DNA of 64,000 nucleotides, taken from positions 4,224,001-4,288,000 of the forward strand of contig CAVUSO010000001.1 in the NCBI GenBank assembly GCA_963744145.1. The letters are read 5' to 3'. Source of the stretch: an uncultured cyanobacterium. Lineage in GTDB: Bacteria > Cyanobacteriota > Cyanobacteriia > Cyanobacteriales > CAWUOF01. The notes under the pieces are model-generated. The model made no database searches. It was given only the letters and a program-made list of their open reading frames with translations, and was not told the origin of the DNA. Shown here piece after piece: positions 10,622 to 23,150 of the stretch. Numbering within the stretch: position 1 is the first letter of the stretch; the number at the start of each line of letters is the position of its first letter. Position numbers and translations under genes: made by a program.

Positions 10622-13600
10622 CCAATCAATTAGATAATCAAGTTGTTTATCTGCACTTAATACTCCCATTCCTCTGACAGTTACTTTCCCTGGTGTATAA
10701 ACAAATTTGGGATGTAAATGTTCTGGCAGATTTGCTATTAATAATTTCCATCCAGGTTCTGCCATTGGTGTTTCTAAGACTATATGTTGTTTTCCTTCCG
10801 GTTTAATCCGCGAAAAACCGACTTTCTTACCCAGTTGTTTTAGTTCCATTACTCTTAATAATTGAGTAGCAGGAAGAGGAATATTACCGTAGCGATCGCA
10901 CCATTCCGAAGCGATCGCTGTTAATTCACCTTTTGATGTAGCAGCAGCGACCGCACGATAAGCACTCATTTTTTGATCTAAATCTGGAATATAATCAGCC
11001 GGAATAAAGGCAGTTAAACTCAAATCAATTTGGGTATCATCAACTTGGGGAATTTCCTGACCTCTAATTTCTCGAATTGCTTCTTGTAACATTTCTGTAT
11101 AAAGATCAAATCCAATTGCATCCAATTGACCTGATTGTTCAGCTCCCAAAATATCTCCGACCCCGCGAATTTCCATATCGCGCATTGCTAACTGATATCC
11201 CGAACCTAATTGGGTAAATTCTTGAATCGCTCGCAATCTTTTTCTAGCATCATCACTTAAAGCTCCTGTACCATGTTCACCAGCAGGATAAAATAACCAA
11301 GCATGGGCTTGAATTCCAGCTCTTCCTACTCTACCGCGCAATTGATAAAGTTGAGCTAATCCAAACCGATGAGCATCTTCTATTAAAATAGTATTTACTC
11401 GGGGAATATCTAACCCAGATTCAATAATTGTCGTACAAATTAAAATATCGGCTTCACCATTACTAAAACTGAGCATAGTAGCTTCCAATTCTGATTCAGC
11501 CAATTGACCATGAGCGATCGCAATTCGCGCTCCTGGGATCATTAATTGTAACTTAACGGCAATTTCCTCAATCCCTTCAATCCGAGGGACTACATAAAAC
11601 ACCTGACCTCCCCGATCTAATTCTTGTCGAATTCCGGTCCGAACTGCATCAGGATGATAAGGAGCTAAATGAGTTTGAATGGGACGACGTGAGGGAGGTG
11701 GAGTAGTAATCAAACTCATCTCCCGAATTCCAGACAATGCCATATATAATGTGCGCGGGATCGGTGTAGCTGTTAATGTCAATACATCTACTTGAGCTTT
11801 GAGACTTTTAATCTTTTCTTTTTGAGTGACTCCAAACCGTTGTTCTTCATCTACTACCAACAGTCCCAAATCCTTAAAATTAACTCCCTTACCTAAAATT
11901 GCATGAGTCCCCACTACTACATCTAACTCTCCAGTCGCTAAACGTCGTTGAATGTCCCGTCGTTCATCAGCAGACCGAAAACGATTTAATAGTCCCACAT
12001 TAATTGGGTAAGGAGCAAAACGTTCTTTTAAAGTGTGATAGTGCTGCTGAGTTAGAATTGTGGTAGGAGCCAATAAAGCCACCTGTTTACCAGCAGTAAT
12101 AGCTTTAAAAATACTTCTAATCGCTACCTCAGTTTTGCCAAAACCCACATCCCCACAGACTAAACGATCCATGGGTTGGTTTGATTCCATATCTCGTTTG
12201 ACATCTTGGGTTGCTTTCAACTGATCGGGAGTTGGTTGATAATGAAACGAATCTTCTAATTCCTCTTGCCAAGGTAAATCAGGTGGATAAGCATAACCTT
12301 GTTGTTGCGCTCTTTTAGCATAAAGCTTCAGCAAATCAACTGCTAATTTTTTAATGGCTTTTCTAGCCCTACTTTTAGTATTCTCCCAAGCTTTCCCGGT
12401 TAATTTACTTAATTCTGGTGCTTTATCACCTGCGGTCCGATAGCGAGATAATGATCCCAACTGATCAGCTGCGACTCTGAGTAAACCATCAGCATACTTC
12501 ACTACTAAATATTCGCGAGTTTCATTATTCAGGGTGAGACTTTCCAATTTGAGAAATTTCCCTACCCCATGACGTTTGTGAACGACATAATCTCCTTGAC
12601 TTAATTTATTGGGATCAACTTGTTGAGAAGCAGCACGACGACGTTTCCGAATATAGCCCACACTTGCTAAAACGTGCTGACCATAAAATTCCCGATCGGT
12701 GACGATGATCAGTCGGAAGGTGGGGAGAAGAAAACCTTCTAATTCCGCTAAACCACTATATTTCAGAGCGATCGGGATATGTTGGGTATGGAGTTTATCG
12801 ATCGCGGGATAGTCGTGGGGATTAGGAATAAATTGGGCAGGACAATCATGTTCTTGTAATAAAGACACACTCCGACTAGGTTGAGCAGAAATCAGAAAGA
12901 CCGAAAACCCTTGAATAATTTCACTCCGAATCGTTTCAGCAATTTTAGCAAATTGGTGGGGCATTACCGGTAAAGGACGACTCGCTAAATTCATTGGTTG
13001 ATAATTTTCTAGCGATCCCCGTTGACTGCGGTCTTCTACTAATTCCGATAGAAATATCCGCTCCCATTTAGCTGTAGCTTCCAAAGAATCGGCAAAATTG
13101 CGGTGCATTTTCAGAAACTGGTGGTTTGATAAGTCAGCACCTATAGTTAATTGTTGCCATTGTGCTTCAGTATGTTCCACCCAACGCAATCCGTGAGCGC
13201 TACATTGAGATACTTCATCGATCGCAATCAGGGTATCTGGAGGAAGATAGTCAAGTATACTAGCAGGTTGGGTAAATACCATTCCCAATAACTCAGACAG
13301 ACTTGGTTCTGAATCGAGATCAGACTCAAGTTGAGCTAAAACAATTGACCGAAAATCTGTCGGAGTCAGGGTAAGGTGATTAATTTTATCGAGCGATCGC
13401 TGGGTGGAGGGATCAAATTCTCGTAACTGTTCCAAATTATCCCCAAACCACTCTAACCGGACTGGTAGTTCTGCTGATACTGGGAATACATCAACTATAT
13501 CCCCACGCCGACTCCATTGACCTTCTGTTTCTACTAAGGCTACTCTTTCGTAACCTAATCGAGCTAGTTGGTTGTTAATCTCCTGAGAATCCAATGACAT

Positions 13601-14038
13601 TCCCCGTTTCAGGGTCAGACAATAGGATTTTAAGGTTTCTACTGGTGGTAAATGTTCCTGTAAAGCTCGTTCGGTGACGACGATCGCTTGATTTTTCGAC
13701 CCTTGCAATAATTCAGCTAATACTTGCATTTGACCCCAGGTAGTTTCTGATTCTGGGTGATAGCTCTCGTAGGGTGATGCTTCTGAGGTTGGATAAAAAT
13801 GTACTGTTTCCCAGCCGATCGCTTCTAGTTGGGCAAACCAGCGACCTGCTTCTTCTAAAGTTGCTGTGATTACTAATAAATTATGTTCTTGAGCTTGGGC
13901 TAAAGTCGAAGCAATCAAACCTTTGGGAAATCGGGATATCCCATTTAAGTATAAATTTTGCTGTCGATGCAGCTTATTCACCAGCTCCGTGGTGAGGGGC
14001 GATCGCTTGAGCAACCGAATTAGAGCAGAAAAAGCCAT
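10571..14038 (-). CDS. mfd: Transcription-repair coupling factor
   Basis: CarD-like [31 protein letters not shown] and QLRGRVGR. Confidence 0.98.
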   Translation of the reverse strand: MAFSALIRLLKRSPLTTELVNKLHRQQNLYLNGISRFPKGLIASTLAQAQEHNLLVITATLEEAGRWFAQLEAIGWETVHFYPTSEASPYESYHPESETTWGQMQVLAELLQGSKNQAIVVTERALQEHLPPVETLKSYCLTLKRGMSLDSQEINNQLARLGYERVALVETEGQWSRRGDIVDVFPVSAELPVRLEWFGDNLEQLREFDPSTQRSLDKINHLTLTPTDFRSIVLAQLESDLDSEPSLSELLGMVFTQPASILDYLPPDTLIAIDEVSQCSAHGLRWVEHTEAQWQQLTIGADLSNHQFLKMHRNFADSLEATAKWERIFLSELVEDRSQRGSLENYQPMNLASRPLPVMPHQFAKIAETIRSEIIQGFSVFLISAQPSRSVSLLQEHDCPAQFIPNPHDYPAIDKLHTQHIPIALKYSGLAELEGFLLPTFRLIIVTDREFYGQHVLASVGYIRKRRRAASQQVDPNKLSQGDYVVHKRHGVGKFLKLESLTLNNETREYLVVKYADGLLRVAADQLGSLSRYRTAGDKAPELSKLTGKAWENTKSRARKAIKKLAVDLLKLYAKRAQQQGYAYPPDLPWQEELEDSFHYQPTPDQLKATQDVKRDMESNQPMDRLVCGDVGFGKTEVAIRSIFKAITAGKQVALLAPTTILTQQHYHTLKERFAPYPINVGLLNRFRSADERRDIQRRLATGELDVVVGTHAILGKGVNFKDLGLLVVDEEQRFGVTQKEKIKSLKAQVDVLTLTATPIPRTLYMALSGIREMSLITTPPPSRRPIQTHLAPYHPDAVRTGIRQELDRGGQVFYVVPRIEGIEEIAVKLQLMIPGARIAIAHGQLAESELEATMLSFSNGEADILICTTIIESGLDIPRVNTILIEDAHRFGLAQLYQLRGRVGRAGIQAHAWLFYPAGEHGTGALSDDARKRLRAIQEFTQLGSGYQLAMRDMEIRGVGDILGAEQSGQLDAIGFDLYTEMLQEAIREIRGQEIPQVDDTQIDLSLTAFIPADYIPDLDQKMSAYRAVAAATSKGELTAIASEWCDRYGNIPLPATQLLRVMELKQLGKKVGFSRIKPEGKQHIVLETPMAEPGWKLLIANLPEHLHPKFVYTPGKVTVRGMGVLSADKQLDYLIDWLGKMQGALTEPSWIEK

Positions 14039-14098
14039 AGCATAGTTAGAAATAATCTACTAAAATATAAGCTAATATATTAATGCCATCTACATGGT

Positions 14099-14239
14099 TA
14101 ATACCAATTTAATGTGAAGTTGCACAGATTTAGATCCCCCTCGCATCCCCATTAACAAGGGGGACTTTGAATTCTGGCTCCCCCTTTTTAAGGGGGTTGG
14201 GGGGATCGATCCTATACAGCTTCATCAAAAATTGGTATA
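14099..14239. mobile_element. MITE-like element with TATACCAATT terminal inverted repeats and internal CCCCC..GGGGG hairpins
   Basis: tataccaatt at 14099 and aattggtata ending 14239. The same ends occur at 31558-31805. Confidence 0.7.
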
Positions 14240-14411
14240 AGACTACCCTCCTCACGCTGGGTTTTGCCAACTCAAACCCATGACCATCAGGTGATGCGGA
14301 AAGTTGTCGGGTTTTTTTGTGTTTTTTTTCAAAAAAGGCTTGCCAGAAACAAGCATGATAAGGTAGAAATTAAGTGTAGTTGCTTTCCTAACAGCGGAAT
14401 CTGCGAATTAG

Positions 14412-14696
14412 GTGAAAAATCCACATCAGAAAGCAATGGTTAGGCAGTATTTGCAAAATTCAATTATGACCACACATCTTATGAACCAGCAGGTTATTCA
14501 CCCGATGGTGAAGTTACAGAGTCAAGTACGCTCTCTAGTAGAGTCCAAAATCATCAAACCAACGGATAGCCTGTGGAAAATCGCTTTTCTGTACGGAGAT
14601 GAATGGTCTTACTGGAAAAAAGAACTATTAGCTTATGAGTTCACTTTACAAGATCCAGTAAGCTACCTCCTCGATGTCGAAGAGTGGGAAGGTTAA
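14412..14696 (+). CDS. DUF4327-family cyanobacterial protein (start probably 14481)
   Basis: QQVIHPMVKLQ..VRSLV and WSYWKKELLAYEF pattern. Confidence 0.75.
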   Translation: MKNPHQKAMVRQYLQNSIMTTHLMNQQVIHPMVKLQSQVRSLVESKIIKPTDSLWKIAFLYGDEWSYWKKELLAYEFTLQDPVSYLLDVEEWEG

Positions 14697-14703
14697 TCCG
14701 TTC

Positions 14704-15990
14704 CTACAAACAAGCACTTAATGCTTGAGCAAGTTCCTGAGCGGTTTGATAGCGATCCCGTGGTCGTGGCTCCGTCACCCGCTCAATTACCTCTCTCACT
14801 TTTGGGGTAATAGTTGGCACATTTTCCACATTAAATCGATACTCTGCACCGCGTGGTTTATAAAAGTTAGATGGGCTTTTCCCAGTTAACAGAAAAATTA
14901 ATGTCGGACCAATAGCATAAAGATCAGATTGAGTCAGGGGTTGACCCTGTTCCTGTTCCACGGGACTATAATCGGGAGCGCCAATCCTGGTCCCGGAAGG
15001 TGTGCCAATTTCTTTGACCGCTCCAAAATCTAACACGATCACTCGGTTATCCAAATTCCGGACTAGCAAATTAGCTGGTTTAATGTCGCGATGGATAATC
15101 GGTGGTGTTTGGCTATGGATATACTCTAAAACCTCACAAGTTTGACACATCCAGGCGATCGCTTGAGCTAAAATCACCGGACCGGTAGTAATTACTCGTT
15201 TTTCTAAATCCTGACCGTGAACCATTTCCATTGCTAAATATTTTTTGCCACCTTCGACAAAAAAATCGTAATACTGGGGAATCCCAGGATGACGGATGTT
15301 TTGGAGAATTCGAGCTTCACGCTCAAATAGTTCACGCGCTTTAGCAATTTTTGCCATATCCGCGTTCATTTCTTTGAGAACGACGATCGCTGGAATTTTC
15401 GCGATCGCTCGTTCCCGATCCCAGGCTAAATAAGTAGTACCCATTCCTCCCTGTCCGAGAATCCGCAAAACTTGATAATTTCGGATCGTGCGTTGCACAT
15501 TCAGGGGTTGACCACATTGGAGACAAAACAAATTTTGGGGCAAATTCACATTGCCACAATAGTTACATAGTCCTGGGTTCTGAATTTTCGGGGAGGGGGG
15601 AGGATGACCCTGATTGGGGACAATTCCCCCCTGATTGATGGGTGGAAGAGGAGATGATATTCCTAATGATCCAGCAGGTTGCTGGGTAAACTGCAATAGC
15701 GGTCCACCCCAGCCTAATTGAATTAAACAACCATCCGTAACTAATCCTTGAGACATCAGGACATCATTAACAAAAGTCCCATTTGTCCCTTTGTTAATTA
15801 GTTGCCATAAATGCTGTTGTCCTAAATTCCCACTTTGTCGAAGTTCCAAATGATAGCGTGATACCAAAGGATTGTTCAACACAATTTGGTTATCCGGAGA
15901 ACGACCAATGCGAATGACGGGATCGGTGTCAAATTTCCACTGGTGCAGAGGAGTCTTTTTTTGGGGATCTAAAAGAGTAAGAGTGACCAC
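14704..15990 (-). CDS. FHA / Zn-ribbon / Ser/Thr protein kinase
   Basis: IGRSPDN..VSRYH FHA motif, LGQGGMG, HRDIKPAN and DFG. Confidence 0.92.
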   Translation of the reverse strand: MVTLTLLDPQKKTPLHQWKFDTDPVIRIGRSPDNQIVLNNPLVSRYHLELRQSGNLGQQHLWQLINKGTNGTFVNDVLMSQGLVTDGCLIQLGWGGPLLQFTQQPAGSLGISSPLPPINQGGIVPNQGHPPPSPKIQNPGLCNYCGNVNLPQNLFCLQCGQPLNVQRTIRNYQVLRILGQGGMGTTYLAWDRERAIAKIPAIVVLKEMNADMAKIAKARELFEREARILQNIRHPGIPQYYDFFVEGGKKYLAMEMVHGQDLEKRVITTGPVILAQAIAWMCQTCEVLEYIHSQTPPIIHRDIKPANLLVRNLDNRVIVLDFGAVKEIGTPSGTRIGAPDYSPVEQEQGQPLTQSDLYAIGPTLIFLLTGKSPSNFYKPRGAEYRFNVENVPTITPKVREVIERVTEPRPRDRYQTAQELAQALSACL

Positions 15991-16031
15991 ATCAGCCAGA
16001 AAATTCAGGGATCAGATAGGGAGCAATTACC

Positions 16032-18090
16032 TTACCGCTCTTGGTAAGGTCGCACCAAAGCTCGGATGACCAAAAGCGTAATATTATCATGACCATTATG
16101 TTGATTAGCTAAGGCAATTAATTCGATCACACTTTGTTCCAAATTAACTTGAGGATTAAACAGAGGTTTTAAATGGGTTTGCCAATGGGTTTCTAACAAA
16201 TTATGGTCAGTAAGACCATCTGATGCCAGAATCAGGATGGTATCTTCACTAAGATCCAAAAACTGAATATCCGGATGAACAAAACTGTCATTGCGCGGTC
16301 CTAATGCTTGGGTCAGTTGATAAGCATCTGGACGTCCATAAGCAATATCAGGCGCAACTCCCCGTTTAATTTCTCTTTGTCCAACTTCATGATCAACAGT
16401 GACTTGCTCTAAATCTACACGTCGGCGGAGACGATAAAGACGAGAATCACCAACATGAGCAACTGCAATTCTCATATCTTGCACTAAGACCATGACCAAA
16501 GTAGTCCCCATCCGACTACTACCCATCCGCGCATCTTTTTGATTGAGGTCATAGATCGCTTGATTAGCTACTTGTACCGCTTCACGGATGCTAGCTTCAT
16601 TGGGTAATTGTCCTGAGTGCCAATTGGTTTGAAAATATTGTTTGAGATGTTCCACCGCGATCTTACTAGCGACCTCACCACCTTCATGTCCACCCATCCC
16701 ATCGCACAGAATATACAAACCGCGAACTTTGAGGGTGCGACGGGAGGGAGTTTCTACCTTAATAATTTCATGCCAAATCTCAAACAAATCCTCATTATGA
16801 TCGCGTTGACGACCTACATCCGTCGCTCCCGCATCTTCAAATGCAACTAGGTGCATGGGTAACACCATTGTTGGCATATCATCACCCCCCATACTGATAT
16901 CCTCCTCAGCAGGAGAAAGTTGTAGATAAGTCGGAGCGAGAGTCGTTGTAGAAACAGGAGACACCGGACTAGATTCTTCTTGGTCAAGTTCGATCCGGAT
17001 TGCATCTAAACGCGATCGCAGCTCTTCAGTGGTAGTAATTTCTCCTGTTTCTAGGTCGCGGAGGAGGTGCCTTAATCGGTCCAATTTGAGTACGTTGGGA
17101 TTGAGTAAATAAATGTTGCCACACTTGTCCCAACTCTATTAGCGTTGGGGGAGTGGTAGGGTTTCGATTAGGATACAAACGGCGCAAACACAAAACCTGG
17201 TCTTCATCTAAACGCAGATTATCAATTTCTAGCAAGCTTTGGGTGCAATTCCATTCACTGGTAGCTATCCACAGTTTTAGCATGGCGGCTAACCAGGACA
17301 AACTCTGCCCAAGCAAAACCGTTCGATCGCGCCATCGATCTACTAACAATGGTAAATCCCCACGATTTTCTAACAATATCACTGTCTGACTACCTTGCTG
17401 CCAAGCGTCATGAATGGCTGGCAAACTGGGAAATAGTTCTGCTCCTAACTCTAAATAAGCTCTAGCCAAAGGGGGAAAAGCTAAGGTAGATTCTCGGGTT
17501 GAGGATTCTTGCATTGCTTGGAGCAGAGACATCTGGAATGGCTGAAGGTCAAGTACCTTTATTTCTATTTCCTGACTAGTGAGATTTGGTGTGGTTAACT
17601 GATCGAGCAAGCGATAACGCTGTTGGGAATCTAAATACTCAAATGCTGGAGACTGGACATCTTCTTGGGTTGGTAATATTTCTGATTTCCCATCAGCATC
17701 GATGGGAGTTACCTCCTTATTAGTTGTATTGACGGGGATTTCTGTTTCATTGACACAAATTTCTGGTGATTCCGGAGTGAGCAGTTCCGGGTGATTTAAA
17801 GCTAGTTGAGTAAATGGGTCTAGTTGGTCTCGTGGTCTAGAGGGCAAAGGTTCAACTCTCTTTGACGTTACCTGAATCGAGTGGCTCGGATTGACAGCAT
17901 TGGGGGCTTCGGAAATAATCCCTAACCAGATCGTGCCGGCGATTGTGCCACAATTTTGGCATTGTTCTAAATCCAATGGCACCTGAGTGCCACATTCGCA
18001 ACAGATTTTGTGGGTCAGGGAGATCCCGCACTGCTGACAAAATTTATTGATGTTGGGGTTGGCAAAATGACATTGAGGGCAAACAAGCAT
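16032..18090 (-). pseudogene. Double Zn-ribbon / PP2C Ser/Thr phosphatase, apparently split by one extra base near 17075
   Basis: N-terminal ORF 17026-18090 (CxxC pairs) overlaps C-terminal ORF 16032-17084 (DGMGG, HVGDSR, SDGL, HDN). Removing one A at ccg-a-tta joins them. Confidence 0.7.
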
Positions 18091-18119
18091 TGCTAATTGC
18101 TAATTGCTAATTGCTAATT
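18091..18119. repeat. Heptamer short tandem repeat (tgctaat)x4
   Basis: Read directly; typical of cyanobacterial short tandem repeats. Confidence 0.85.
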
Positions 18120-18193
18120 AAATTAACGGTTATTGGTCAAACAGTAAGCATCAAGAATATCGAAGTTAGCAACAGGGTTTAATCTATTACATC

Positions 18194-21151
18194 TTAGGCA
18201 TTCGCCATTAATGGTAACTCAACTGTAAAACAGGTCTGACAGTTTTTGCTGTAAACATTGATTGTCCCACCTAGGTGTTCTGTGAGTTTTTGCACTAGTG
18301 CTAGACCTAATCCTGTCCCACCTTGTTTCCAGGGATCGGCACTCGGAATCCGATAAAACTTGTCAAAAATTCGTGATTGCTCACTCTGGGCTATTTCGAT
18401 CCCAGAATTAATTACTTGTAATCGTAACTGATCAGATTTAGCCATCACCTTCAGGTCAATTTTTTCATTGGGAGGAGTATATTTACAAGCATTATTGAGT
18501 AATTCTACGAGAATCCGATCCAGACTAGTGGGATCGCAAAATAATAAAGGTAAATCTGAGTCGATATCGACTTGAAATATTTGCGATCGCTTTTGGGCAC
18601 GTTCTACGAAAGGCTGTACTATTTTCGAGATCCATTCTAATAAATTAATTTGACTGATGGTGATGGGTCTGGCCCCAGCATCAAGAGATTGGAGATCGAG
18701 TAAATCATTGATTAAGCTGATTTCTCGTTCACATTCGGTTTGTAAAATTTGCAGATATCGTTCGGATAAGGAGAAGTTTAGTTCTTTTTTGGCTAGTTGG
18801 AGTTGGAGAGCCCTGGTTAAGGAATGCAGCCCCATTTTAATATTGGTCATCGGTGTTCGCAGTTCGTGAGATACTGTACTCAAAAAGTCATCTTTGAGCA
18901 AGCTGAGTTTACGCAATTCTTCTACTTGGGTTTGAGCAGATTGGAACAGTCGAGCTTGACGAATCGCGATCGCACATTGATTTGCTACCTGTTGGACTAA
19001 TTGAATTTCGGTTTCTTCAAAATATCGGTGGGTTTGGTGGATTGCAGCTAAGTAGCCGATCGCGCCTCGATCATCAGAAATTGGGCATAATAGTTTGGCG
19101 GCTAGATGAGAAAATACTGATGGACAAGCTAAATCCCCGCTTTCGACTTGGAGTTGGGGATAGAAACGTTTATTTCGGTTAGTTAAGCGCGAATTCAAGT
19201 TAACTTTGCTGCGAAGATTGTAGTCAGTAAAAACTTCTCCATCTTGGAGTTGATGATGCACCCAAGGAGAATCGACGATCGCGAGGGTTTGACCAATTGC
19301 TGATCCTAATTCTGGTTGAGTTGATTCATAACGGATTGTGGCTGTAGTGCGTTCTTGATTATATAAAATGGCACCACAATAATCGATTTTCAGAACATTG
19401 GCAATTTGTTGTACTGCTGTTTGTAAAATCTGGCTTTCATCGAGACTATCGCGCACTTTATCGGTAATTTTTTGCAATCCAGCGGCAAAATTTAGTGCTT
19501 GTTGTAATTGGGTAGTGCGTTGATTAACTTGTTTTTCTAAATTGGTTTGAGCTTGATATAGTTGTTGGAATAGGGAAGATTGTTGAATCGCGATCGCTAG
19601 TTGGTTAGCTAATTGTTTGAGTAAATCGATTTCTAAGGATTCCCATGCTCTTGGTGTCTGACAATGATGAGCGATTAATAATCCCCATAGTCGATTTGGG
19701 GATGGACTCTCATTAGTTTTGGTAAATTTATGATTTAATTCATCGATCGCTTCACGGTTGATTGATGTTGCTGTACTTTGTAAAATGGGAACGACTAAGT
19801 TCGCTTTTACTTGAAACTGGGCTAATAAATCTGTATGACAGGGATTTAATCCACTATGATAAATATCATCGATCGCTCGAACTCGACCTTGTTGGTAAAG
19901 GAAAATATATTTTTCACTAAAACAAATATCTTTAATTAAAGTACCTTGGATCGATAACCAATTAGGTGCAACTGATTCGACTACAACCGTCCCAGACAGA
20001 TCCGGTTCAAATTGATAAATCAGCACTCGATCTGTTTCTAAAAATTGTCTAACTTCTGCTACTGTAGTATTCAGAATTTCTGCTAGATTTAATGATTGAC
20101 GAATCCGTTGGGTAATCGAACTCATCAGACGTTCTCGCTCAGTTTGCTGTCTCAGCAATACTTCTGAGCGTTTTCGCTCGGTAATATCTTTAGCTGTAGA
20201 TACGAAGTGAGTAATCACTCCACTCACATCACGAATCGGAGTAATAGTTTTTTCTTCATAAAATAATTTGCCATTTTTATGACGATTAATAAATATGGAG
20301 CGAAAAACTAACCCAGTCTTAAGAGTTCTCCATAGCTCTTGATAAAATGATTTGTCATGTTTACCTGATTTGAGAATTGCTGGTGTTTGACTAATAGCTT
20401 CTATTGCGGTATAACCAGTTATTTGTTCAAAAGCTGGGTTAACATATTCAATTATACCATTTCGATCTGTAATTACTACGCTATCAGCAGTTTGCTCAAC
20501 AGCACTAGACAGTTGTTGCAAAATTTCCTCTGATTGAATCCGCAGTGAATTTTCTACTTTTGTCGGTGCAGCAATTTCTTTATATTCAGTAATGTTTTGA
20601 CCAATTAACAAGATAATTTGACCGAGATTGGGAGCTTTTTTTTCCGATGCGATCGCATTTAAAACTTCTTTTTTATCATATTTTTTGGCGATCGATAACA
20701 AGCTAATTGCTGCTTTAATCCATAAATTCTTACCAGTTTTTTCGACTAAGCAAATTTCCCATTCTTCCGAGCTTTTTTCTACTGAAGTTCGATGTTTTTG
20801 ACAAAGTAAGCGGATTTTTTCTAGCAGACTTTGGTGATATTTTTCCTGAATTAGCTTGAAGATGTTTGGTTGAACTGTTGACGTGATGATCTGCTGATTT
20901 TGAGGGTGAACAATTAATTCTTCAACTAGATAACCTAAAGATTCCGCACCAGTCTGATTGATCGCAAGAATTAATCCCGTTGGGTCGATCGCTAAACAGA
21001 AAAATGGTAAATTTTTATAGGGAGCAAAATAATTCTCTAGCTCAATTTGCAGAAAATTTGGCACTATATTGGTATTGAACCCCATTTTTTTTTCACAACA
21101 GGAATTTTCGCAAGAGGAATCAGGGTTAATCAGTTGATATTTATTGAGCAT
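18194..21151 (-). CDS. PAS-GAF-GAF histidine kinase, putative DXCF cyanobacteriochrome
   Basis: PAS (YVNPAFE), GAF with DICF and CH cysteines, SHELRTP H-box and GTGLGL. Confidence 0.88.
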   Translation of the reverse strand: MLNKYQLINPDSSCENSCCEKKMGFNTNIVPNFLQIELENYFAPYKNLPFFCLAIDPTGLILAINQTGAESLGYLVEELIVHPQNQQIITSTVQPNIFKLIQEKYHQSLLEKIRLLCQKHRTSVEKSSEEWEICLVEKTGKNLWIKAAISLLSIAKKYDKKEVLNAIASEKKAPNLGQIILLIGQNITEYKEIAAPTKVENSLRIQSEEILQQLSSAVEQTADSVVITDRNGIIEYVNPAFEQITGYTAIEAISQTPAILKSGKHDKSFYQELWRTLKTGLVFRSIFINRHKNGKLFYEEKTITPIRDVSGVITHFVSTAKDITERKRSEVLLRQQTERERLMSSITQRIRQSLNLAEILNTTVAEVRQFLETDRVLIYQFEPDLSGTVVVESVAPNWLSIQGTLIKDICFSEKYIFLYQQGRVRAIDDIYHSGLNPCHTDLLAQFQVKANLVVPILQSTATSINREAIDELNHKFTKTNESPSPNRLWGLLIAHHCQTPRAWESLEIDLLKQLANQLAIAIQQSSLFQQLYQAQTNLEKQVNQRTTQLQQALNFAAGLQKITDKVRDSLDESQILQTAVQQIANVLKIDYCGAILYNQERTTATIRYESTQPELGSAIGQTLAIVDSPWVHHQLQDGEVFTDYNLRSKVNLNSRLTNRNKRFYPQLQVESGDLACPSVFSHLAAKLLCPISDDRGAIGYLAAIHQTHRYFEETEIQLVQQVANQCAIAIRQARLFQSAQTQVEELRKLSLLKDDFLSTVSHELRTPMTNIKMGLHSLTRALQLQLAKKELNFSLSERYLQILQTECEREISLINDLLDLQSLDAGARPITISQINLLEWISKIVQPFVERAQKRSQIFQVDIDSDLPLLFCDPTSLDRILVELLNNACKYTPPNEKIDLKVMAKSDQLRLQVINSGIEIAQSEQSRIFDKFYRIPSADPWKQGGTGLGLALVQKLTEHLGGTINVYSKNCQTCFTVELPLMANA

Positions 21152-21370
21152 TATTAATTTCTATTCCTCCTAAAACTTTTGTTTATATTTTGGATTTAAT
21201 ATGATATTTTAGTGAATTTAATTTTTGAGAAATTTAGTTTTTGACCAACTCAGATTTCTAGGGATCAAGGTAACCTGTTTTGGACATAGAGATTTTGCGA
21301 CTCTAAACCAAAGATAACTTTGATTCTCTCATTTCAATATGCCACTATTTTATTAAAAAATAACAAATGT

Positions 21371-21394
21371 AGAGACGTTCCGGTGGAACGTCTC
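21371..21394. repeat. Palindrome agagacgttcc-gg-tggaacgtctct region, REP-like or terminator after cimA
   Basis: Near-perfect inverted repeat preceded by tgt just beyond the cimA stop codon. Confidence 0.6.
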
Positions 21395-21402
21395 TGTCTA
21401 AT

Positions 21403-23034
21403 CTATTTAGCAACTAACAAAGGACCACCAAGGGTTTGATTTTGCAAGAGCAAACCATATTCAAGTCCTTCGACCACCGCACGATAGGAAGCATCTAGAA
21501 TATTAGTAGACACCCCGACAGTAGTCCAACGTTGTTGACCATCACTAGATTCCACTAAAACGCGGGTTTTCGCAGCAGTTCCCGTATGTCCATCCAGAAT
21601 TCTGACCTTATAGTCGGTCAAATGAAAATCAGCGATCGCTGGATAGAATTTAACGAGAGCTTTACGGAGAGCTGAATCAAGAGCTGAAACTGGACCATTA
21701 CCTTCTGCTGCTTCTAGTAAATCTTGATCATTAACCGCAAGTTTAATGGTAGCTAAAGCGTAGGAAGAGCCATAAGCACCAATATCACAATGAATTTGAA
21801 AACCTTTAAGTTCAAAAAAATGTTGACGCTGACCCATAGCAGACCGCATTAACAAATCAAAACTTGCTTCAGCTGCTTCAAATTGATATCCTTCACTTTC
21901 TAAATCTTTTAATTGCTGCAAGATTTCGCGACAAGTTGGGTCTTGTTTATTCAGTTCGATCCCAAAAGTGCGAGCTTTCGCTAACACATTACTCAATCCA
22001 GCTTGATCAGAAATTACAATTCTTCTGGTATTACCGATTAATTCTGGTTGAATATGTTCATAAGTTAAAGGATTTTTTTCTACAGCCGAAACATGAATTC
22101 CTCCTTTATGAGCAAAAGCCGAACGACCGACAAAGGGACTATGTTCGTCTGGAGCCAAATTTACCACTTCGCTGACAAACCGACTAACTTGAGTAAGTTG
22201 TGTTAGCTTTTCGTTTTCAATACAGGAAAAGCCGAGTTTAATTTGTAAATTGGGAATCACAGAACATAAATTAGCATTCCCACAGCGTTCTCCATAACCA
22301 TTGATCGTTCCTTGGACCATTCTCACACCCGAGATCACCGCAGTTAACGCATTAGCTACCGCAGTATCCCCATCATTATGAGTGTGAATACCTAGTTTTG
22401 GTAAGGGATGAGTCGAGCCGATCGCGACAACGACCTGACGGATAATTTGGCTAATTTCATGGGGAAGAGTACCACCATTAGTATCACAGAAAACTAACCA
22501 TTCAGCCCCAGCAGCGATCGCGGTTTTTAAAGTGGTCAGAGCATAAGCGGGATTTTGCTTATAACCATCAAACCAATGTTCAGCATCATAGATCACTCTG
22601 CGTCCCTGACTCCGGAGATACTTGATCGTATCACCAATCATCGAGAGGTTTTCTTCTAGAGTAGTTTTTAGCCCTTCTGTGACATGGAGATCCCAGGATT
22701 TGCCAAAAATCGTCACCCAGCGCGTGCCTGCGGCTAAGATGGGTTGTAACATTAGATCAGTATCAGCAGGAATTCCCGGACGACGAGTGGAACAGAACGC
22801 GACTATTTCGGCTTGTTTGAGGGGTTCTTCTTTTAGTTGCCAAAAAAATTGGACATCTTTGGGATTAGCCCCGGGCCATCCTCCCTCAATAAAGGGTATA
22901 CCTAATAAGTCTAATTGATGGGCAATTCTTAATTTGTCTTCAATTGATAGGGATAGTCCCTCCCGTTGGGCTCCGTCCCGTAAGGTAGTATCATAAATCC
23001 AAATGTTTGAGTTATCTGTAGTGATTAATGACAT
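21403..23034 (-). CDS. cimA: Citramalate synthase
   Basis: DTTLRDGAQ, GGWPGANPKD, YDAEH, HTHND, GYGERCGN and HKGGIH. Confidence 0.92.
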   Translation of the reverse strand: MSLITTDNSNIWIYDTTLRDGAQREGLSLSIEDKLRIAHQLDLLGIPFIEGGWPGANPKDVQFFWQLKEEPLKQAEIVAFCSTRRPGIPADTDLMLQPILAAGTRWVTIFGKSWDLHVTEGLKTTLEENLSMIGDTIKYLRSQGRRVIYDAEHWFDGYKQNPAYALTTLKTAIAAGAEWLVFCDTNGGTLPHEISQIIRQVVVAIGSTHPLPKLGIHTHNDGDTAVANALTAVISGVRMVQGTINGYGERCGNANLCSVIPNLQIKLGFSCIENEKLTQLTQVSRFVSEVVNLAPDEHSPFVGRSAFAHKGGIHVSAVEKNPLTYEHIQPELIGNTRRIVISDQAGLSNVLAKARTFGIELNKQDPTCREILQQLKDLESEGYQFEAAEASFDLLMRSAMGQRQHFFELKGFQIHCDIGAYGSSYALATIKLAVNDQDLLEAAEGNGPVSALDSALRKALVKFYPAIADFHLTDYKVRILDGHTGTAAKTRVLVESSDGQQRWTTVGVSTNILDASYRAVVEGLEYGLLLQNQTLGGPLLVAK

Positions 23035-23150
23035 TAGCGGTAATTTCTATTCGGCTGTTTGCTTAGAGCGTGAATACTTAGTAGTAAATTTTAAATATCA
23101 GTCATACTAAAATAGTCAAACTTAATAAAACATAATTTAGGTGCGTCAAT

